A stretch of 64,000 nucleotides of DNA from Podarcis bocagei (Eukaryota): assembly GCA_964188305.1 (NCBI GenBank), contig OZ076893.1, one strand, 5' to 3'. Below are positions 12,178 to 22,935 of this stretch, piece by piece. Both the position numbers and the translations under genes were made by a program. Within the stretch, counting starts at the first letter, position 1, and each line of letters starts with the position of its first letter. The notes beneath the pieces are model-generated. The model searched no databases. It saw only the letters and a program-made list of their open reading frames with translations, and was not told the DNA's origin.

Positions 12178-12385
12178 CTCTATCCTCCTTGTAGTCTGAA
12201 TCTGTAAAAGAGATTTATATTGGGCGCCGGGAAAGGCTTCTTTGTGAGCAATGGAACAGAGTCTCAAGGAAGGTTTGAAATATCTTTCCCACAAGTTCTA
12301 AGAAAAGGCTTTTTTTATGCGTCAGAAATTGCTTTTTCTAAGTATCCTAGGGGTCTGACTAGATAGTCCTTGAACCCTATTTTGA
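11426..12385 (-). pseudogene. Decayed accessory ORF (~320 codons) in the Bel2/Bet position, extending into U3
   Basis: One frame from 12184 to 11426 (253 codons) has only 4 internal stops and includes track ORF 11513-11782. A further ~65 upstream codons join it by one frameshift. Confidence 0.65.
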
Positions 12386-13557
12386 CTCAGTGATTCTGTG
12401 TGGAGCTCTACTCATCTGTATGCCACGAACAAGCAATGATAAAGATATAAATCTTAAAAATACAATCAGTGATTTTGATGATCATAAGCTTCTAGGTCAA
12501 CATGACACGGCAATCATTTTGTTTCATTTGACTTACTCTTTTCTTAATGCATGTCAGGAACAGATTAACCATTACTTTGATTTCATGTGATAACCCTGTT
12601 ACCATTTGAGGAGAGGAAACTAAAGTTACGTCAATTTCCTTCAGGACAGATTCAAGTGTCCTTTATTTTTGATATAGCACATCCTCCCTTAATTCTATTG
12701 TCTGGATCAACTTGAAAACTTGATCACTGTTCTCTAGACAAGTGAGCTGATCAAGTGCAGGAAGCAGGTGGCTGAGATTCAGCTAATCATTTTTTTGCTG
12801 TTCTTCTTGCATTCATTCTCCCCGCTTCCTTTAACAAACTGTTTCAAATACATTTCCTTCTGTCACTTGCACTTCCTCTGAGTCATTGCACAATAAGCAA
12901 GAGAGGATTTTTCTTACACTTGGGTGCTCTCTGGGGCTGCAAGATCAAAACATACTGGGTGGCATTCAATGCACTGCTCTTCCAAACATTCCATCTGCAC
13001 AAGCCCTGCATCTTGCCACATGGAATGATCGCCCCTCTCCCCCCCGCCCCGCCCCTGTGTGCTGTTCTGGGGGCTCTCCTGAACTTACTAAGCCAATTTC
13101 AGGGGTACAGGGGAGAAGAGGGGGAAGGACCTATTGTGCAAGCAGAAGTCCTTGCACAGGGCTTCTGCAGATGGACCACATTAGGTGAAGCCTACCCATA
13201 GCACTCATTGTGTACCAGTGTTGTCTGGTGCCCATTGGGACTGGTAGAGTGAAAGGCAGGAAAACAAAAAGTAGGTGGATCCAGAGACAATGAAAGGCGG
13301 AACCACTGCCTGATTGGTTGTAAGTAAGAGGGCAGGCAGGTGGGTTGGGGTGAGAGCAAACTGAGGTTGGTGGGACAGTGCCCCATTCCCCTAATAGATC
13401 AGCCTGGTGCACTGTTGTTCCACCAATATATGGATTGATTGCTCTTTATACCAAAGTGTCTCCAAACTTTGGATTTAAAGGATAAAAAAGCAACAAAAAA
13501 CATTCTGCTTTTTTTTAGCATTCTTGTGTCAAAATACATTTGTGATTTATTTATTTA

Positions 13558-13916
13558 CCACATTGGCCTGAATATAAGCCTCACTTTTTTGCCAAATTCT
13601 GATTGTGGAAAGTTAAAGTGCTTATTATATCTGCAACCTTAGGGTATGCAGCCAGGAGTGCAGGACAAACAGCGCCAGGAGTGTGACAAAAGCAGCGCCC
13701 ACCCTGGGCATAGTCCCCCGTCCTCTCCCCCAAGGCCAGGAAGGGAGAGAGCGAGGAAGGGGAAAGGCTGCCAGCAACACAGTGCGACCCCCCTCCCCCC
13801 ACCCAGTATGCAGCTAGGAAGGGAGTGGCTTATATTCAGGTATTTTTTCTTTTCCCCCCTTCAATTTTTAAGGTGTGGCTTATATTCAGATGTGGCTTAT
13901 ATTCGGGCCAATACGG
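13558..13916. mobile_element. Tc1/mariner-pogo-type MITE inserted in env
   Basis: Imperfect TIRs CC(G/A)(T/C)ATTGGCC(C/T)GAATATAAGCC, flanked by TA on both sides. Confidence 0.8.
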
Positions 13917-15908
13917 TATTAGGGTGTTATAGAATGCTAGGTTAGATCTTCAATAAATTTCCTCATCCCTTAAAATACCTTAAAAAAACAATCTAAGTGT
14001 ATGCGTGCAACTTGATATAATTTCTGTGAAGGTATTGTGGATTTGATTAAAAGCAGACGTTCCATTCATAAGTACAATCTGAGAATGAACATATCTCGAG
14101 AGAAAAGAAGGTTCTTCTTCTTCAGCAAACTTCTCGATAAAAATTGAAACCATCATTTGTTTGAAAAGGATATCTATAACACAGAATCTGGTAGTCCTGA
14201 AGTATATTTAAATTCCCTTCTAAACATGCTGGTGTTAAGTGTCTTTGTATCTATACAGCTATATTTACAGATATATTTCTCAGGGAGAACTGTACAGTGT
14301 GCATATATCAATTCATATTGAGAACTATTTATTAAATTACAACTGCGTCTTATTTGTTCTTGTCTGTAGTCTCGCTCTCCCCTGACCAGCTGTTTATCAA
14401 CATAGCTCCTTCTTTTCTCCAACCAAACAAATGCAGACCATTTTCTGGACGCTTGCTCATGTTTGTGTTTAAACCATTTTACATATCTCCTGACAGTTTG
14501 CTGTTTTTAAAGAATACCCTTGCATTAGTTTGGCTCCATTAAAATAACAGCATTGCCTTGAGGCCAGACTATAAATGTTCAGCACAAGTAGGGTAATATT
14601 TCTGTAAGATTTGTACTGTATAAACAAACTGTAGCAATCTTTCCATTTAAAAAAGCCATATGGAGGCTGCTGTGGGTCTTAGCATTTTTCATTCTCAGTA
14701 CTGGGGAAGGTAAGAGTTCTCTCCCCCTAGAAACTCTGCTAAAAGTCTTTGCCCTTTGAAATCCCAATGAATCCTGCCAGGCCCATGCAGAACTCATCTG
14801 AGGCCCGGAGCCAGGAGTCTTGTTAAAAGCAAAGAAACAGCTGGTGCCTAGCAGGGCCCCCAGCAGATTTGCCCTCCATGGCCTGGAGAAAGTGTACCTG
14901 GCTGCCCTCCCACCTCTGCATGGGCTTGGATCCTGCGATGCAACAGGAAGAACAGCTTGCGCTGCACCAGAAGTGCATCTTGGCTAGTGATTTGGCCCAG
15001 AGGTGAGGGGAACCCACCCACTCACCGACCCAGCCCCCCTGCTGCTTTCCCCCCTGGCTTACAGGGGGGTTGCGATCGCCTCCATGAACTGGATCTGGGG
15101 GTCCTATGTCCAGAATTTCATCAATGGGATGTTGGAGGGCATGGACTTTGTTGGCACCATCCAGATACGGTCCCACTAATGCAGCCTACAATCCATATGT
15201 TGTTTTGGCAACATTTCCATTGGTTGGTGGTGGAGGTGTTACCAACAGCGCTGTCAATGTTGCTACATGATCTACATGATCTCTCATTCTATCGGCACAC
15301 TTTTGCTTTCTGCTTAGACGCTGTAGTAGGACATAGGATTGCTATGTTGACATAACACAGAAACACAGGCTCATCTACCTCCCGATTTTATTTGAGAGGT
15401 GGGGAATCTCCTCTTTCTCATCCTTCTTTCTTCTCCACGTCTACTAATTAGTTTTCCACTTCCCCCACTAAAAGGTTAATTCAGAAATAAGCAAACGCAA
15501 AAAATAAGATTGAGTTGGCAGCTGATGCATCCAGCCAACTGTGCAATTACCATAGCAACTATATATTCTGTATCTACATTAGATATATTTGCCTTCTATT
15601 GGATATTAATGGCATTTATTTTTAAATATGTGAAAGAACATATGCAAAAGGATATTTTTAGCTTTTGTTACAGATATTGTATGTGCGCAAAACCTTTCAT
15701 TTCTCTGAGACTACATGTTCACCCCACCCACCCGGAAAAAATAATGAAAAAGCCCCAGAAAGTATGATACTGGAGGTTACTTTAAATTTTTTGAAGTATA
15801 CACACACACACACACACACACACACTGAACTCTGAATTGTCAACACTGAATGTATCAGCAAGGATTGTTTTTTTTAAGTTTAAATGATATTGTTACATTT
15901 TGAATGCA

Positions 15909-16168
15909 AAAGAAGAAGAAGAAGAGGAAGAGTTTGGATTTGATATCCCGCTTTATCACTACCTGAAGGAGTCTCAAAGCGGCTAACATTCTCCTTTTCC
16001 CTTCCTCCCCCACAACAAACACTCTGTGAGGTGAGTGGGGCTGAGAGACTTCAAAGAAGTGTGACTGGCCCAAGGTCACCCAGCAGCTGCATGTGGAGGA
16101 GCGGAGACGCGAACCCGGTTCCCCAGATTACGAGACTGCCGCTCTTAACCACTACACCACACTGGCTC
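15909..16168 (-). mobile_element. Squam3-type tRNA-derived SINE
   Basis: GAGCCAGTGTGGTGTAGTGGTTAAGAGC head with B-box, and a (CTT)n tail. Confidence 0.85.
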
Positions 16169-17540
16169 AGACCAGCATTTTACCAGCTACCCTATGAAGA
16201 AGCATAGGCTGAAGAACAGTGACTTGTCCACAGTATGTGCTGAGTGGAGATATGTACCTGAGTTTCCATTTTCCCTCTTATGTAAGCTGCAGTAATGACA
16301 CTGACTGCTTGCCACAAAGTCCCCAATTAATATATGAACCTGGCTGTTTGGATCCCTATCCAAGGGAAATACATCACCTCAAAATGTGTACAGTATAGCA
16401 AAAAAAGTAAGTCTAATAACCTTGGACCAGATTAGCCACATAATGCTTGGGCATGCCTGCTCATCAACTCTTTCAGTCTCACACTCACCATCTGCTCTTC
16501 TTGCTGAGGAAGAAAAGCTACCTCTTTCTCTTTGTTCTTTACCATCTGGGTTTAAATGACCAGGATTAAAATTGACTGCCTTTTTAAATCAACAACCTTC
16601 ACGACTTGATTTGTTTCCCAGTGTCTAGACCACTTGCAAAGGCCCTTTTGTGACGAGGGGGGAGATTATTCCATTCAAAACATCTTTCAGTTGTATAGAA
16701 TGGTCAACAGTTCTTGCAGGACGTGTGCATTTTGAAGCTATCAATGGAATTGTTCCTGGGGTTTGACAGGTCAAAAATAAAACAACGATGTCGATGACGG
16801 GAACAATCCACCAGCAAATGGCACAGCACAGTTTCTTTCTTCCAAATGGAGCTTATGTCAAGCTTCTGCAAAAACCCCACTGAAACAAACAGGGTGTGCA
16901 GCCACAGTTCAAAATCCCACTGTTTTCAACAGGAAGGTCAGGTAGTAAATACCTGGGGAAACTGCCATAGAAACTTATTGAGTGAGTGATGAAACTATAA
17001 GTAGTCATTTCTGTTAGAAAGCTGGTCTTCTGTTTATATGAAATCCAGCAACTGAGGGCTCAAGCAGACTTCCCTTTGTACTGTGGTTTTAGGCACAGGT
17101 CTGAATTTTAAAGCTCTGTGTCCGAATGGTTTTATTAATTTTTGTTCCAGTTCTTTCCCTGGGGAAAAACACATTTTACTGTTGAATTGGAGCAAACAGC
17201 AATAAGGTTTTCTGCAGATTGCCGTTTTCTCTGATTCAGTGGGCTTTCCCAGGAACCAAAAAAATAAAAGTAAAAATGCTTGGACATGGAGCTTTAAAGT
17301 GTAGAAAGCACAGTACAAAAGTCTGAATGAGTCCTGAGAATGCCAGAGATCTTGATGGATAAGCTGCAAATCCAGAAATATACAGACATTCTTGTGCATA
17401 TGCCCTAATTTTTTATGTGTGCATCTATGTTATGTCTGTGTTTCAATATGAAAATTGTTCTTTACAAATAGTAATAAAAAAAGGTTTGCAAAAGTTTACA
17501 AAAGTATGGAATTAATGAAGACACTCACACAGAACATTCA

Positions 17541-17790
17541 AAGAAGAAGAAGAGGAGGAAGAGGAGGAGGAGGAGGAGTTTTGACTCGATATCCCTTAAG
17601 GAGTTTCAAAGCGGCTCACAATATCCTTTCCCTTCCTCCCCCACAACAAACACTCTGTGAGGTGAGTGAGGCTGAGAGACTTCAGAGAAGTGTGACTAGC
17701 CCAAGGTCACCCAGCAGCTGCATGTGGAGGAGCGGGGAAGCGAACCTGGTTCACCAGATCACGAGTCTACTGCTCTTAACCACTACACCA
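17541..17790 (-). mobile_element. Squam3-type SINE
   Basis: Homologous to 15909-16168; imperfect TSD CACAG(A/G)ACA(T/A)TCA. Confidence 0.85.
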
Positions 17791-20700
17791 CAGGACAATC
17801 ATAGCTGTGTTATAACATTACACTATATACAAAGTCAGAACAGTTTCTTTCAAGCTCCTTTGGATGCTAACTTATCTATTATATCATTAAAATCACCAAG
17901 TCACACTTTATCATTTTCTGTGCAAAGAGTGCTTAGATCAGACAACTGATCTTGGCAGGCATACCCTTCAACTGCCCCAAAGTGCCAGGACTGTCACAAA
18001 AACTCTTAAGTCATCATGGCTTCTCACGTTTTCATGCAGTGTCCCAAATTCCCAAGGGGCCTTCCCTTCAGTACAATATTTCAACGTGTTACTGGAAGTT
18101 CAGATCAACGCATCCCTCTAGCACACTTCTTAGATGTATGCCTCCCACTTCCTCCCCACCCCCACCCAAAATGGCATCACTTCCTGTTTTTATGAAAACA
18201 AGATCTGGGTCATTTCAAAGCCCTCAGGAAAGTTTTTCACCGTCTTCCAGTTGGTTGGTCTCCCATAAAGAAAGCGGCAAGTGGGGGAGCGAAGGCCTGT
18301 CTGTGAGGCCGCTGCCATGGAGTATCATTTGATTCCGAGTAGCTTTAAAGCCGCCACAAACTTTACTAGAAGTAAGTACACCGTTGTGTAACTGTTATAC
18401 AGTCATAGACTCATACCTCACATATTTAATGTTACTAAGCATCTGGGCCTAGATAGTAAAATCTGCCTGTTTTTTTCCCCCCCTTTCTAAAAAGGGGTCA
18501 AGGCTTGCCTAGATTATGAGGACCTGGGCTGCTGGGAGCTCAGCCTGTATGTAAGTTTGGCACTGCCAGCCGTTCTGCTGCACAAGCAGATTCCCACTTC
18601 TCAAGCAAGCAGACATCATCGGATGTCACCCACAATTCTCAGGCTGTTCCATTCTGCGGAGGAATCACGTGCTCCAAACCTTCTCAGAGACATAAGCAGC
18701 AGCACCACTGAGAGCACCTTGAAATACTTAACTAGGTGAGAGAGGCTGGAGAGTCAGGAAACCACTGTGGCAAAGGCAGGGTGGTGAGCCATTTTGCTAC
18801 TAAAGAGGTTGACTGATTTAAAAAGCAGAATAGGAAATGTATGACTGGAGGCAATTATCAGCTTTTTTCACTGTTAAGCTGGTATTTCCTGCAATTCACC
18901 CTCAGTGACTAAGAGCTTTCAAGAGCAGTTAGCAGCTACTTTAGAATCTAAGTGTGGGCAAGGTTAAGACCATTAGTACCTGTAGTCACTTAAGAAAATT
19001 AATTTCTTGTTCTGAGTGCAGCTGTGGGAGAGAGATATAGCACAGTCCGGCTGCTAAAGCATGGTAATCGCTGGGCTTTTTAAAAAATGGCAACCATTGT
19101 TTGCCCTATTTTGTTTTTGCCATCTTTTGAAAAACTATATATGTACTGCTGGAGAAAAACTGGAGCAAGAAACAGTGTGAACCAATTTAGAATGCATAGC
19201 AACACTGGGGCGCTAATTATAATTTTGCCACAAGCAATTGTCAAAATCATAAAACTCCCAGTCTATCTGGTAGTGGGCAGCATTCTAGCATACAGGGATC
19301 TGGCAAAATCCTCAGATGATAGTTGGCTTGCCCTGTTATTTGACTCTGCATTACACACTTACACACAAATTTGAATGGAGTTGGGAGTACACACTTTAAA
19401 ATGGTAAAATTGACCAAATAAAATTAACTGCTCCACCCCAAATCAGCTGCCTACAAACAAGCAAATCTGTGAATATTTTTACAAATGCACAATTCCCCCC
19501 TCCCTTTAATCCTCATAGTCCCACTTTCATGTGCAACTTACAAGTTCATTTGGGGCAATTACTGTAAATGAAACAGTATAAAGTATCCTAGGGTAGTCAA
19601 TCTCTATGGGGAAATGGTCCAAGGCACCCACCTTGGATAAACTGTTTGGGGGTGTTTTTTTATAGAGTGAGTGTGGGAAACTGCAGTTTAACTGCAAAAG
19701 AGCAGAAGCAACCTTATTTGATAACAATAGATAACAGTTAAATAGAAAAATCTACTCCAGTCTGGAAAATTATTATTGCTTCATATCTAACTCTAGTTTA
19801 GTTTATTTCCAGTCTCATGGCAATTTGCAATTAGAATTTAGAGTATTAACAAAAATCTATAGAACATAGATTAAAGCAAGCCAGGCCTTTACAATATTTT
19901 AAATAGATTTGAACTATGTTGTATCAAAATTCTTCAAGTGCCGTATTTTGATGTTAGCAATTTACAAACAGTCTTGATGTATCTTTATTGGAGTTTTGAG
20001 AGAGAGAAAGCAATTAGTATTGAACCTTCATTCTTGCAGTGGCCTGGTCCCTTTCACTTTTGCAATAGTCATATTAGCAGCTGTATTGAAAAGGCTAGGA
20101 GGTCATGATTTGGCCAGACTTGGAAGGTCTCAAGAATGGACCTTCTGGATTTTGTTAATGCCCACCACCATCAGTTACTATGCAGTTGTTTGTCTTGTGA
20201 AGGAAAAAACCCCCAACCATTCTACAAACAGTACCAGTTGGGAGTTTTTTTAGCATTGCCATGGTAGTTTTGTTTAAAACCTTTTATTTTCAGCAAAGTA
20301 ATAAAAGCAATGCTTGCACTGGGAACAATATCTGCTTGGCTTATGGCTCTGAAGTGTTTCAAACCAAGTTGAGTTGCTGTTACATTCTGATAGATGCCAA
20401 CAGAAAACAATGATGGGTGTAGAGACTTCTTTCCTAAAGGTTTGGTTTGGTTAGGTTACTAGGTACATTTTTCTTTTTCATATTTTTGTTGTTGTTGGAG
20501 AGCAGCATTGCCAAATTTTGAGAAGTGTAATGTTTTAAGGATGGCTGAGTTTTCATTTGGGAAGGAGGAGTTAGGTAGATACCAATTAAATTGTAATTTC
20601 CCTCCACATCCTGAGAGAGCTGAGGCCTTGTAGTTGACCCTTAATGGTTAGCACCTTGGACAGCAGACTGAGCAGGCACACAAAGCACCTGCTCAGTGTC

Positions 20701-22246
20701 TCCCCCAATATGGTGAGATGTACTGAATCTATATTCAAATTATAGTAATTTCTTCTAATTTTACAGCTACACAGATAAATTAACACATGCAAATTTCATG
20801 TGATTATGTCTCCTCTTTTGAACTTTTCATTTTAGTGATGCCCTTCCCCATTCTTGGTAGTGTGTAAGTAGCCACTCTACTTTGAGGGCCCATTTGGGTC
20901 AAAAGGCAGAAGAACCAAGACAGGATTCCAACAAAGTCATTGCATGAGTAGAACCCACAGAGCAGAATTGTGAGGAGGGTTCAGGGGAGCATAGGAGGAG
21001 GAGACAGAAGTTCTGTTGAGTGAGTAGAAGTTGTTCACTTGCACAATGACTTTGTTGGACACAAAATTAGATGCATAGACACAGAAGGAACCTCAAGGGG
21101 ATATGCAGCCATCTGGAAGTTGGGATAGATACAGACTGTCCCATTCTGTGTCGTTTGTGCCACACTTTCATGCAGCATGTGAGCCTTTTTATGGCAAGAC
21201 AATTTTCTTGTGCCACTGTATCAAGTTTGATGGTCTGTTTGTATCCTCCAAATGTATTGCTCAGCTGGATATTTCACAGCCATTACAATAGAATATCTGA
21301 AAACATTCCTTTAATCTGCCAGTCCTGTTGAGCATTTCCCTCATGGAACACTATACTGCTCTTAGCAATTTGGAGAGATCTGAATTTTCTGCAAATGAAT
21401 GACATCTTTCATGTTCTCCCACATGCTAATCTGAGCTCAACAGAGCTCTGGAAGAAAGTTTTACAAAGAAAAGACCAAAGCTGCTGTATTGATCATGTTG
21501 CTTTTCTGCAGCGGCTGCAGTTTTGATGGTCCGTTAGATCACATCTTTCTCTAATCTTTACCAATAACTTCATAACAATTCAAATGAAACTGACAGAATC
21601 TTCTGGCATTCTTTGTGCTAGGCATATATCCCTCCTATTTTGGGGTAATTTTTGCTTTGTCTCTAACCCCCCCCCCCGCCACAAAAAATCCAACCCCTTG
21701 GAGACAAAGAATGTTTTAACAAAGTGCAGTGAGCAATACTATAATGTTGCCTTTATTTGTAACATAATATACCTTAAATTAGTAGTTGCCTCTTCTATTA
21801 TTGCTAATGTTTAAAGATTAAAGCCATTAACGTGCCTTCACAGGACATCTAAGAGTTGTGAGATAATTATTTCAGGAATTAGATGTTCTGCATCCTATTG
21901 TAATACCACTGTGGCCATTTCCCATGGCGGAAAAGGAAATTAAATGTCTTTATTTAGCAGAGACTGAAAACTCATAAATGCCTGGTGCTATTTTCCTCAG
22001 GCTGAAAGAGAAGGATGGGGAGACTTTTTGCAGGATACAAATCCCATAACACACATCTGGCTGCACTTAAATGGAAGAAACTTTGGTGGTTGTCTGGGGA
22101 GAATTCCTGCTGGAATGCATACAGCAGGGAAATCAGGAACAGAATATTATTAAATACAATAACATAATTAATATTCAAGTTTGAAGCTTAGGCGTCAATT
22201 TTATGAAGTCCCGTACAAAACAGGTTGCACATATATATATATATCA

Positions 22247-22935
22247 AGATGCAGGTTTTGTTGTCTTCGGGTGTCTTCCCGTGTAAGAGTTGGGGTGTCT
22301 AGGCGACGTTTCGACGAGGTCTCACTCGTCATCTTCAGGCTGGTGCTTTCGGCTTCTTGTTACTGGAACAGAGCAGGATCTCAGTGTTTGAGTTCCTATA
22401 AATACTGTTGAGGGGGTGTGGTGTATAGCCTCCAACGTTCTGGGCAGAGAGGAAGTTCCCAGGTTAGTGTGCCTTTTCTTCTTTTGTTCATTAATTACTT
22501 GAGGGATATCTTGAGAGATTTCTTGAGTGATATTCTGAGTACCATTTAGGAGGGTCATTAGGTGTGGATTAGTTGCTAAAGCTTTCGTGTCTTGACCTCT
22601 TGAGCTTGTGAAGAGTTTTTTTTCCTGAGAAGATGGCTGTACTGCACTTAGTTGTGCTCTGGCTTGGCTTCGTGTATAGGGGCGAGCTGTGGTTTTGTGC
22701 CCTGTGCCAGCCAGATCTGTGTAGGGATTGCAGGGGGGTGCAGCATCCGGAAGTGCCACTATGGTTTGGCTACTGGATGGTGTCTGTAATTTATCTGTGG
22801 AGAGGGTCTGGGTTTGGGTCTGGTGAGGTTGATTGGAGATGGCGTTCTGTGTGCCTCTGGTTCTGGTGTCGGTTTTTGTGGGGAGGGCTAAACTGAACCA
22901 GTGCTAGTTCAGTTTGAACGAAGCTCCCCAAACCA
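22247..22935 (-). mobile_element. Penelope-like element terminal (pseudo-LTR) fragment
   Basis: CTGAAGATGACGAG..CTCGTCGAAACGTC motif typical of PLE termini; inserted in an (AT)n tract. Confidence 0.7.

Larger units (their letters stand above)
12408..16545 (-). pseudogene. env: Foamy-like env pseudogene interrupted by younger insertions
   Basis: Leader ALCG*SGPRLLDLLFLLYC (~16450-16390). SU YLKINAINIQ*KANISNVDTEYIVAMV (~15628-15548). Furin-like C*RRR|T (14127-14110). TM segments FNQIHNTFTEIISSCTHTLR, PCGKMQGLCRW and LNLSHLL, and a hydrophobic tail IFKIYIFIIACSW. Confidence 0.7.
10800..16700 (-). mobile_element. Decayed endogenous foamy-virus-like (spumaretrovirus) provirus: IN tail - env - accessory ORF - 3' LTR
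   Basis: Manual minus-strand translation gives a collinear series of motifs resembling foamy virus IN C-terminus and Env, then a PPT-like tract followed by TGTGG and a long LTR (see findings). Confidence 0.72.

Noticed and set aside
11513-12300. Possible endogenous hepadnavirus polymerase fragment
   Set aside because: No terminal-protein or YMDD motifs. The position downstream of an env-like gene and across a PPT fits a retroviral accessory ORF better.
17300-17399. Cyclin-box-like resemblance of the upstream ORF (FLD..L...RLL..A.Y..KL)
   Set aside because: Too few matching residues to support without a profile search.
18190-18360. Possible gag start (MAAASQ..) and PBS-like TGGCGGC for the foamy-like provirus
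   Set aside because: No match to the tRNA-Lys PBS, no adjacent LTR copy, and no recognisable Gag motif.
18557-18742. Exon-like segment ending in AG|GTGAGA
   Set aside because: No convincing acceptor or recognisable protein.
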